Shown here: piece after piece, positions 39,380 through 49,846 of the stretch | Layout: each line of letters opens with the position of its first letter | Numbering within the stretch: position 1 is the stretch's first letter | Assembly: GCA_964016885.1 (NCBI GenBank) | Contig: OZ024742.1 | Coordinates: 82,894,001-82,958,000, forward strand | Source of the DNA: Eledone cirrhosa | Taxonomy: Eukaryota | Direction of reading: 5' to 3' | DNA length: 64,000 nt | Program-made: the position numbers and the translations under genes | The notes under the pieces: model-generated | Databases searched by the model: none | Told to the model about the DNA's origin: nothing | The model's input: the letters and a program-made list of their open reading frames with translations, nothing else

Positions 39380-39810
39380 TATAAAGAATTAATATCTAGT
39401 AACATATATATACATACAGATGCAAATCAATGCTAGCAAATATATAGGTTTTGTCTTAGTAACTCTGTGGTTCAATGCATAGGAGACGTAAAATAAGAAA
39501 ATTATAAAATTAACTTACTTACTAAAATATCACTTCCAACTAATTAGTTTCTGTAATGGAATAAATATATTTTCCGAAGAAGATACAGAGAATCATTCCG
39601 TCGTCAGGGAAGTCTATTCTCATCTAAGTATCCAGGCAAAGCGTGGACTCTGGAAACTTATTAAAAAATAATTCAGTGGATAGAAAATAGCAAAGCCATC
39701 TGCAACCCCATGCATGGAACCACAAAGTTACTAAGACAAAACCTATATATTTGCTAGAATTGATATGCATCTGTATGTATATATATGTTACTAGATATTA
39801 ATTCTTTATA
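39380..39810. repeat. ~100-bp inverted repeat (39380-39483 / 39707-39810) bracketing the second HHR copy
   Basis: tataaagaattaatatctagtaacatatata... versus ...tatatgttactagatattaattctttata. Confidence 0.9.
39532..39613 (-). ncRNA. Second copy of the 39032 hammerhead, 500 bp away
   Basis: Part of the direct repeat 38983-39196 / 39483-39696. Two substitutions at the base of stem II. Confidence 0.6.
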
Positions 39811-39820
39811 TATATATATA

Positions 39821-40150
39821 TATAATGTAAAACGAAAAATCAGTGATTTATTGAGTGTTACAATTGTTTCGCCGGCGGACAGCTCCAGACACGATCATTG
39901 TGTGGATCTGTCTGATTCTGGACCCGAAATCATTAGACGTGTCCGTCGAACCTGCGGTTCAAGAATAAGACAGATCCACTCAATGATCGTGTCTGGAGCT
40001 GTCCGCCGGCGAAACAATTGTAACACACAATAAATTGAGTTCAGATGCATCACTGATTTTTCGTTTTATATTATATCATGCTCTGCTCTGTAAGAGCATG
40101 GAGTGCTCAACCGGCATACCGCCTATGGAAGCATCTTAGCTACCTTCAGA
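39821..40150 (+). mobile_element. Palindromic pseudo-LTR remnant (hairpin family B)
   Basis: ~100-bp inverted arms spanning 39821-40075. The tail matches 61090-61230. Contains GAAA-CAAUUG-UA (40011-40022). Confidence 0.8.
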
Positions 40151-40177
40151 CACACACATATATATATATATATATAA

Positions 40178-40213
<36 letters not shown>

Positions 40214-40814
40214 GTGTGCGTGTATGTGTGTGTGTCTGTGTGTGTGTGTATGGGTGTGTAAAACACAGGAAATGAACTTACAGTTATATTAGATTGACAT
40301 ACATACATGATGATGGCTGCCCTCTCGTTATCTAGTATGGCCATTGCACAATATAACATTATTAAAGCTATCGTGCAATGCATGTGCATGAAGATTTTTT
40401 CTAAGTGAGGAAAGATTGTGCACTGTGCTACAGTAGATATAACCCGAAAAGTAAAGTTCAACATCATCGGTAACTACTGAGCCGTAGGATTTATGACGCA
40501 GTTTCCTTAGTTGCCTTCCCATAGAAGAATGCCCTGACAAAGGCAAGGGGTCCTTCACTTCCAGTGATTTAACCGCACCATCGGGTATTCAGCCGGATTA
40601 TTTATACATACATACATACATCAGTTTTTCAGCCAATTGTTGCTGTATCAAAGCATGAAAGTAGCTGTGAATTGGTAAAGCAAATGTAACATTCACTTAG
40701 GTTTTAATGCCAGGTACATTCACACGCATACACATATATACAGAAACACACACACTCATTGGTAACACACCTAAATACACTACCATGACCATCATGGCCT
40801 CGCTATAAGAAGAT

Positions 40815-41757
40815 CATAACGAGTGTTGTCCAAGTTGATTCCAGGCATGCTCCTGCATGTTGAGGACAATGTGAGCCAGACAGTCTCACTGCCGCAGCTG
40901 AAGGTTTAGGCAGGCTTTAATGACGTGGTGACGTGGTTCTTCCTCATGTGCCCTCTGTCCTTCAGGGAGGGTAGGCGGGTGTTTTCGAAGGAGAAGGCAG
41001 TATGGTTGATGTTGAGACACCAGGTGTCACGGGTATCAACTAGGGTGAACCACCAGTGATGGTTGATATGACAGGCACTAAGGGATTTGTTCAAACAGTC
41101 CTTGTAACGCCTCCTTGGTGCCCTGCTGTCATGATGGCAACTGGAGAGATCACCGTACAGCGTGATCCTGGGCAGGTGATGATGGATGATGCTTCATCAT
41201 GAAGACCTCCTTTGCGATGAGTAGTTGTTAATGAAGCATTATGTATAAGTCATTGGTTACAGAGTCTCTCGAGTGGATGTTGAGGATGCTGCGGAGCAGC
41301 GCTGGTGGAAGAGCTCGAGGAGTTGAACGTGGTGGTGAGAAGTGCCCCATGACATTGATCTATATAGGAGGGTGGTAAGTACTATGGTTGTGTATACTCC
41401 GGTCTTGGTGACGTTGAACTGGTCTTTCTTGTTCCAAATGTGTGCGAAAAGGCTCTCAAATGCATTTATCCTTTGCCAGTTGGTTGCTGATTTCGCTGTT
41501 GATCTAAGGCGTCTGGTGTGACGAGGCATCCTTGGTAGATAAATAAAGGACTTTTTCATTTCAATCTCGCCGATGTTGATATGGGGAAGGCGGTACACGT
41601 CTTGATGTCGAGGGAGATGGATTACCTCTATCTTCTTTAAGCTTACTTCCAGCCCCAAAAGATGGGCAGCCGTTGCGAAGCAAGAAGTGATGCGCTGCAA
41701 GGGTATTTCTGTGTGGACAACAAGAGCAGCATTGTCTGCAAAGAGGACAAATTGACA
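40815..41757 (-). mobile_element. RTE-clade LINE 3' half (RT C-terminus), degenerate
   Basis: LFADNAALVVHTE..LQRITSCF..AA.LLGLEVSLKK.EV...TKTGVY..IVLTTLLY.S.SW...LLELFHQRC, then LPRITLYGDL...APRRRYKDCL. Confidence 0.85.
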
Positions 41758-41827
41758 ATACACACAGAAACGATATGGTACACATACACATACACACACA
41801 GACAACCCGCACCTACCCACCCATATA

Positions 41828-41940
<113 letters not shown>

Positions 41941-42849
41941 TTTAAAGGGGACGACTGAGGTCATCTATATCGTTCCACTAGGAGCAAGAGGAAGCAACCC
42001 ACAGCACTGTTTCTCGCTGTTTGGTCGTTTTCAAAGTTACGAGTCCCCCTTCCTTGCTTCTTACTTTAACTCTTTTTCGCTTACGTCTATGGACTGATTA
42101 TCCTCATTTGCAGGTCACCGCAGGCTGAATAATAGTTAGAATTAGGATATTCACTCTAACATAGCTTTATACATGGGTGTATATAAATGTTCTATATCAA
42201 TTAATATACGAGTTCTAAACTAGATGCACACACATGTGGACACATCCATATGTACAAACACATACTTTCACCTGCAGCGGCAATACTCTTCAACACTGAC
42301 ATTGATTGAACTCCCCCACACTCACACTGACATTGTATACACACACACACACAAATACTATGACTAACAAAATATATTATTCCAAACTGCATACGAACAC
42401 AGACATCCACACACAGACGCACGTTCATACAGATAATACACATAGAGACACATATCGTCGCAAACAAAATATAACCTTCACACTTTTAGTTGCAAATACA
42501 AAAACGCATACACACAAATAGAAACGACACTTACGAAATACGGCATATCACAAAATTGTGCGTATGATATATCCGAATTGAATACCTCGATAACGAGATC
42601 GTCGACGAATCCATTTTTTTTATTATTTAATTGCGGATTAATGACATTATTGTTATTTTAATTATTCCCAATCATCTTTCCACTAATTTTGACTCTATTC
42701 CTTTTTTATTGTTTCTATGCGTATAAAAGGTTATTATATTTATTGATATTATCATTAATAACATTATTAACTCCATTTTTAGCAGGGTTGAAGTATATTT
42801 TCTCATTACATCCAAATCTAGCCAGAGTTCGTTATAGTATTGAGCATTG

Positions 42850-43030
42850 AGATGGCGGTGGATTGGCAGTATCGGTAGAGTGTCTGACGCCATGCTTTAC
42901 AGCAAAGAGTTACGGCCCTTTACATTTTGAGTTCAAGTCTCGCCGATCTTAACTTTGCTTTTCATCCTTGCGGGGTCGATAAAATTTCTTGGGATAATTG
43001 CTGACCTTATGCAAAAAGTAGAAACAATTA
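42850..43030 (+). mobile_element. tRNA-derived SINE
   Basis: Same family as 27088-27270, with an internal deletion. Confidence 0.85.
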
Positions 43031-43371
43031 TAGTACTAAGCATTATGATAATTTAATAATTGATTAGTTTGGTGCTAATTTTTATATACATAATATAAAA
43101 AAATGTCTGGTCTGTGGTAGGTTCTAAAGGGTTCATATTCAAATCTAGGGTGCGTTCCGGTAACTCTTTAAAAAACAGAATTAGTAAAGTTTCTAAAAGT
43201 TAAGATAACAGCATCCCTATAAAGAGAACGTATCATGCAGGGGAATTCACTTCTTAATTTATTATGGAGCAAGGTGAGTGACCTGGGATGAGTCGCTCAC
43301 TCCCATATTAATTAAATATTAGATTTATATATCATTTTTACTCTGTCTCAAAGTTAACCAACCATATATAA

Positions 43372-45361
43372 CAACGTCTAACATATGTTTTGTTCCCCGG
43401 TTCTAAGAGTCATTTCATGGTTTGTTATATCCCATTATTATTAAAAAAACACTATTATTTAATCAGAAATTTGGGATTGTGGCCAGGAGTTTGATATTTC
43501 AAAATTTTCATATGTTTCAAGAAAAAACACATTTTTTTTAAATGTATCAATTCATATAATTAAATCAACAGAGTATATATTTATTTTATTACACAAGCTT
43601 ATCAAAAGCAAACAAATAAAAACAAATAACACTTATAAAGCAACTTATACACGTCGGAAATGACTGGATTTCCTGGATTTCCGGTTGTAGTCCAGGTCGC
43701 ATTCCCGCACTAGCCCCCAGATATAGTCCCCCATCATTTTTTCATTGTAGTGGCCCTAGTACCTCCGCTCTATCTCTTTCACATTTTGATGGAATCATTC
43801 GCCTTGTTCTTCTGAGTAGGCGCCCATATTGTCCATGAATCTTTTCCAGGTGAGCGTCCAGAATATGGAGTTTAAGCGACATCCTGCATCCCATGACACC
43901 ACAAGCCTTTATCAGATCCTGCACCAGTTGCTGGTAGTTTTCAGCACTGTAGTTGCCCAGGAAGCCCTTAACAACTGCCTTGAAACAGTTCTATGCTGTT
44001 CTCTCAATCCTATTGAGCTTATTGGAGAACTCGGTAGACACAAACACCTTCTTTATCTGAGGTCCAACAAAATCCCATCTTGGATTTTGGCCTCAGATAG
44101 CTTGGCGAAGAACTCAAGAAGGTACTTAAAAGCAGCTGATTCTTGGTTGAGAGCCTTCACAAACTGCTTCTTCAACCCCAACTTAATGTGCAGTGGCGGC
44201 ATGATCAAAATCCTGGGATCAACCAGTGGCTCCCACATGACGTTCCGGGTCCCAACTACAAATTCTGTACGCAGCTCCCAGTTCTTTATTTTGTAGTGGT
44301 CAGAAGTGGCTCTGCTGTCCCAAGGCAGAGGAAGCATTGGAATTTGATAAATCCTCCTTGGATCCAAGCAAGAAAGCCACCATCTTGAAGTCTCCAATGA
44401 TTTCCTAATTGTATTGGTTGTATTGCAGAGCTTCCAAGAAAACTTTCACACTGTAGTAATCTTCCTTCAGGCAGACTAAATGAGCTAGGGGCAGTGTCGG
44501 GAACTGCTTCCATTGTAGAGGAGAACAGCCTTCAAACTTGTGGTGGAGCTGTCTATATATAGCTGCCACTCCTTGGGCACAAACGGCACCCCAATAACAT
44601 CAAACAGTCCAGGCACGTCATGGTAGAAGCAGAGGCCATCCCTAAGAGTGCAAAAACCTGAGAAAGGTTAGTGTCGACTTCTCTGACTTGTCACCTGCAC
44701 ATCGTCCTTGACCAAGTTCCACTGCTTCATCCTGGAGACGAATAACTCTGCATTGGACTTGGTCAGACCCATATCCCTGACCAAGTCATTGACTTCTTTT
44801 TGGTTTGGGAAGTGAGGATCTTTTTCTGGTACCTCAGGCAGGTACTCCAAGTACTCAGCATCCATCTCCTCCTCTTCACCAGAATACTTGTCTTGGGAAA
44901 TAAATTTGATATGCAATAAAAAAAATAAATATTGGAAAGGGAAATACATATTTAAATAATATAAAATAACACTAATCATACTAATGAAAATTCGTGCTTG
45001 AAACACAACTTACCCTTTATTCAGGATGCGAAAATCCAGTATCAATAAATCTCTTTAATCCACTTTTTAACAATTTTCTACTTTATTGCACTTTTATAAT
45101 TTTCTTTAGGTATTACTCTTTATTTTATCATTTTAATTTAACTTGAAACATATATAAAAAAAATCATTTAACATAAACAAATTAAACTTATATACAACGT
45201 AAACTCCAGCATACAAATAATTCTAGTGAATAGCTTAGAATGTTTACAAACCCAAACTTTTAACTGTTTAATAGCACTTTTTTTATTTATTTGGGAGCTA
45301 AGCAACACAAAAAAGTGATTACAAGCCAGGAACAGAGAAAAAAAATATTTGTTACACGGTG
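43372..45361 (-). mobile_element. Chapaev3-type (CMC) DNA transposon, internally deleted, with a frameshifted transposase
   Basis: Transposase motifs: PHFPNQKEVNDLVRDMGLTKSNAELFVSRMKQWNL, WDSRA..HY...PPLHIKLGLKKQFVKAL and GCRMSLKLHILDAHL. Imperfect TIRs caacgtctaacatatgtttt (43372) / aaaatatttgttacacggtg (45361). TAA on both flanks, matching the TWA duplication reported for Chapaev3. Confidence 0.8.
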
Positions 45362-45444
45362 TAATGTGCATTTTTTACCCCTCATAGACGCTCGAGTCTC
45401 ATTTTTAATTCACAAATGTGTATATACGTATACATACATTTACG

Positions 45445-45484
45445 TATGTGTGTGTGTGTATGTATGTGCGTGTGTGTATGTGTG

Positions 45485-45516
<32 letters not shown>

Positions 45517-45523
45517 TGTGTGT

Positions 45524-45561
<38 letters not shown>

Positions 45562-45578
45562 GTGTGTGTGTGTGTGTG

Positions 45579-45629
<51 letters not shown>
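45445..45629. repeat. (GT)n microsatellite
   Basis: Long, slightly interrupted TG run. Confidence 0.95.
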
Positions 45630-45630
<1 letters not shown>

Positions 45631-45767
45631 CAGTAGAGATTGCTTTGGTAAAAGCAGGAGCAAGCAGGAGAAAGCTATATATATTCGTAGTTTGTATTTA
45701 CGATAGAGATTCAGTATAAGAATAACTTTAAAATTGATGCTGCTGTAACATAAATAGTTTATTCATA

Positions 45768-45980
45768 ATAAGTATTTCAATAGTTCTCTCATGCAATACA
45801 AGATGCAAGTCATGCATTATGAGAACGGTATTCTTAGAGGCGGACGAAAAGAGGGACGTGTTTTTTTGATTGCGGCATATCACAAAATCGGAATTTCATC
45901 TAAGGATGCCGTTGTCATAACAACAACAAATGCATGAATTACATCTTGGATTGCATGAGAAAAATTTGAAATAGTTATAA
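45768..45980. repeat. Diverged inverted repeat (MITE-like hairpin)
   Basis: tctcatgcaatacaagatgcaagtcatgcatt / aatgcatgaattacatcttggattgcatgaga and tatgagaacggtattcttaga / tctaaggatgccgttgtcata. Confidence 0.7.
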
Positions 45981-46043
45981 ATCTATTAACTTATAGTCAA
46001 CTATATAAATAGGTCTATTTACAATAGTTTATAGCTTTGCCTA

Positions 46044-46395
46044 TTAATCCGCATGGTGAGCAAATGGGGTCCCACGTGGTTGCTTCCCCGCAGCCCCGGC
46101 GGACAGGATGGAGAAGGCGTTTCCCCGGAGGATGGTAAGGGAGATGCGCTGGAAGACCCATTCCAACTCGCGAGGCTCACACCTGCGGCTGGCTTGCTCA
46201 GCGCCTATGGTGGTGAATAGGGAGGTAGCCCTAGGGCTAAGGACACCAGAAGTCTCCACTGCCAAGGGCACGACCGCGAACCTGTCAGAGTGCGACCCGT
46301 ACTTGGAGAGTTTGGCATCCTCAGCTTGACGTGCAGCAGTACCTGGGTTAGTCGCAGACTGCACCAGGTTGCGGTTGGAGAAAGTGTCGCTGCAC
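46044..46395 (-). mobile_element. CRE-clade-like non-LTR retrotransposon C-terminal endonuclease fragment
   Basis: GC-rich open frame: CSDTFS...SATNPGTAARQAEDAKLSKY...VVPLAVETSGVL...FQRISLTILRGNA. Confidence 0.75.
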
Positions 46396-46490
46396 AATCC
46401 TATGCAGAAAACCGCATAATTAATATGAATAAACGATTTATGTAACATCAGCATATTTCTGAATGTTATTCTTATATATATATATATATG

Positions 46491-46559
<69 letters not shown>

Positions 46560-47470
46560 AATAACATACAACAATTAAACAATGTCACAGGTATATATGT
46601 GTTTTGGCAACTATTCACGGTGTGGCTCAATGTGGCGTGTTTATTTACTGTTTCTTCATAGGTGCCTTTTATTCTTATAGCCTGGTCTAATTGATTTTTT
46701 GTGTGGTTAATTATGCTGATTGGGAGTAAAGATGATGTTTATATATTATCAAATAATTCTCTGGACATGCTATACTCTATAGTATTTTGCTCTGATTATT
46801 TAATTTATTAATTCTTCATTGAGCCACATCGTGAATAGTTGCCAAAACACATTTATACCTGTGACTTTGTTTAATTGGTGTATGTGTAAATATTTATATT
46901 TAATAATCTCCCATAAGGTTGAAATACAATTTGGGCGATATTGGGCTGCGCTTTCTAGCAACCAACCCACTCGCCGTAAGCAACCAATCACACCCTTCCT
47001 GACTTGACCACTGCCACGTCACAGTTCTCAACCATTTTGAATTCGTGTTTGGCGGGGGCCACATCGGAAAATAATATGTCCTAGCGAGTTTGTCCCCTGA
47101 AGAACTCTAAACTTGAGTATTACCCTTAATATATTATCTCAATATGTGAGCGAAACCCATGGGTCGGATTTAGTGATTTAATCCTGGTATGTATATAAGC
47201 ATTTCTAACATTAATTTTTACCTAATTATGTATGGTTGACCGTATATTTAATTAATTTCTACGTGCTGTTGAAATGTTGGGTAAATATTCTATAGCGGTT
47301 GCACGCGAATACGCCGCAATGGCGTATTTATTTACTGTTTCTTCATAGGTGCCTTTTATTCTTATAGCCTGGTCTAATTGATTTTTTGTGTGGTTAATTA
47401 TGCTGATTGGGAGTAAAGATTATGTATATATATTATCAAATATTTCTCTGGACATGCTTTACTCTATAGT
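46560..47470. repeat. Interleaved inverted (46570-46632 / 46817-46878) and direct (46633-46783 / 47320-47471) repeats around an HHR-like motif
   Basis: Direct visual alignment of the segments. Confidence 0.75.
47092..47169 (+). ncRNA. Hammerhead-like motif with long stem II, probably decayed
   Basis: GUCCC-CUGAAGA-ACUC...GAGC-GAAA-CCCAUGGG-UC/GGAU. Palindromic stem III ACCCAUGGGU; stem I imperfect. Confidence 0.55.
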
Positions 47471-47539
47471 ATATATATATATAGATAAATGTGTGTGTGT
47501 GCGCGCGTTTGTGTGCTTGTACACAAACGTTCACACACT

Positions 47540-47618
<79 letters not shown>

Positions 47619-47653
47619 AAAGACAAAAGTTCGATCCACATGGCTGAATACAA

Positions 47654-48056
47654 TAAATGTAATCTGATTTTTTCGAATATTAATAACATTCGATTCGTTC
47701 GCAATTTTGCAAACAAGCCTCAGTTTTATAGCCATGGCAGTAGAATGAACACTTCATTCTTGCTCTTGTGTTCATGTGAACAGAACTGCAGACACTAATG
47801 TTTTTGGGTATCACCCTTCATCAGTACACCTCACTGTTCACCTGTTCACTAACTCGGACAGTTTGGCAGATGAACAGTGAGCTGTACTGATGAAGGGTGA
47901 TACCCAGAAACATCGTTGTCTGTAGTTCTGTTTGCATGCCAAAACAAGAGTAAGAATGAAGTGTTCATTCTACTGACATGGCTATAAAATTGAGGCTTGT
48001 TTGCGAAATTGCGAACGAATTGAATGTTATTATTAATATTCGAAAAATTACATTTA
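47654..48056. mobile_element. Head-to-head inverted pseudo-LTR pair (~190-bp arms) between (TA)n tracts
   Basis: Arms are mutually reverse-complementary and each carries the HHR. The left copy has GAAA mutated to AAAA. Confidence 0.88.
47882..47925 (+). ncRNA. Type I hammerhead ribozyme motif
   Basis: CUGUA-CUGAUGA-A-GGGU(gau)ACCC-A-GAAA-CA(ucgu)UG-UC/UGUAG. Stem I contains two G.U pairs. Confidence 0.7.
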
Positions 48057-48079
48057 TATATATATATATATATATATAT

Positions 48080-48272
48080 AGGAACGAGTAGGACCCCGAC
48101 GGCTGAGCTCAAGCCGTTTCGACGGCTAATTCTGGACAGAATTACCCGTCGAAACGGCTTGAGCTCAGCCGTCGGGGTCCTACTCGTTCCTATTACCCAC
48201 TCTACTACTCTAAGTATTGAGTACTTTGGTGCGTTATGGTCCACCTGGTTCCTTACCAGATTTCCTTCGTTT
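48080..48272 (+). mobile_element. Palindromic pseudo-LTR remnant (hairpin family A) in (TA)n
   Basis: Near-perfect ~54-bp arms centred near 48136, plus the shared tail. Confidence 0.88.
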
Positions 48273-48477
48273 TATATATATATATTTACGTGCAATTTAT
48301 ACGAAGAATTGTGAGGTATGTAGTAAAAGACCAATAGTATTATTTCATATAGCCGGTAAAATGCGATACAAATTACAAAGGGCAAATGATGTCAAATGAA
48401 CCAAATCCAAATAAATTAATGTTTATCCAATTGTTTTAGCATGATATTTCAGAGTTACTGCATTCGTTTCAAATACG

Positions 48478-48625
48478 ATGCTGAGAGAGTCCAAAACAAA
48501 AAATGCCAGTGATTGTGGGAGCACTGGTAATGATCAAGAAAGGAACAGAATAGTATTTGCAAATGATTTCTCGTTTACACTTTCTGGAAGAGGTGCCAAA
48601 AATGGTTTTAACTGGCACTGCACAC
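48478..48625 (+). mobile_element. Possible Tc1/Tc3-like transposase relic
   Basis: RNRIVFANDFSFTLSGRG...FNWH weakly resembles the W..VVFSDE..F.L.G.DG...YW motif. Confidence 0.25.
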
Positions 48626-48644
48626 CTATTGAAAAGAGCAATAT

Positions 48645-49400
48645 CGCTGTAAGGAGGATATCCCTTCTTGTGTGCGTGAGTGTGTGTGAGAGCGTGTGTG
48701 TGAGTAGAGCACTATCTATGTGAGAAGGATATACCTCCTTGTGTGCGTGTGTATGTTAGTGTGTGCGTGTGCGTGTGTGTGTGTGCGTGTATGTGAGTAG
48801 AGAACTATATCTGTAAGAATAATATCCCTCCTTGTGTGCGTGTGTATGCGAGTGTGTGTGTGTGTGTGTGCATATGTGTGTGTGTGTCTGTGAGTAGAGC
48901 ACTATCTCTGTAAGGAGGATATCCCTCCTTGTGTGCGTAAGTGTGTGAGTGTGTGAGAGAGCGTGTGTGTGTGTGTGTATGAGTAGAGCACTATCTCTGT
49001 GAGAATGATATACTTCCTTGTGTGCGTGTGTATGTGAGTGTGTGTGTGTGTGTGTGCGTGTGTGTGTGTGCGCGTGTATGTGAGTAGAGAACTATATCTG
49101 TAAGAATAATATCCCTCCTTGTGTGTGTGTGTATGTGAGTGTGTGCATGTGAGTATGCGTGTGTGTTTGCCTGTGTTAAGTAGAGCACTCTCTGTAAAGA
49201 ATGATATCCCTCATTCTGTGCGCGTGTGTTTGTGAGTGTGTGCGTGTGAGTATGCATGTGTGTTTGTGTGTGTGAGTAGAGCACTCTCTGTAAGAATGAT
49301 ATACCTCCTTCTGTGCGCGTGTGTTTGTGAGTGTGTGGGTGTGTGTGCACGTGTGTGTATGTGTGTGCGCGTGTGTGCGTGTGTGCATGTGTATGTATGT
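48645..49400. repeat. Minisatellite: ~38-bp conserved block alternating with variable (GT/GC)n tracts, ~8 copies
   Basis: agtagagcactatctctgtaag(a/g)a(g/t)gatatccctccttgtgtgcg recurs about every 90-100 bp. Confidence 0.9.
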
Positions 49401-49463
49401 GTGGATGCGTTTGTGAGTGTGTGTGTGTGCGTGTGTGCATGTCTGCATGGATATATTTTATTC

Positions 49464-49497
<34 letters not shown>

Positions 49498-49784
49498 GTG
49501 TGTATCTATGTGTATATATGTGTATGGGTATGTATTTGTATCTGTGTGTGTGTATGCATATATATATATATATGTGTGTATAAATGTGCATATGTTTGTG
49601 TATCTGCGTATGTGTATTGATGTGTGTAAGTATGTGTATGTTTGTGTGAGTATGTTTGCATGTGTGTGTATATATACATATATATATGTATGTGTGTGTA
49701 TGTATGTGTATTTATATGTGTGTATGTATATATGTGTGTGTGTATATGTGTATATATATGTGTATGTATATAGATCATGTTTGT

Positions 49785-49846
<62 letters not shown>

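Noticed and set aside
48645-49400. CRISPR-like repeat/spacer appearance
   Set aside because: The spacers are (GT)n microsatellite, the repeats vary, the context is eukaryotic and there are no cas genes.
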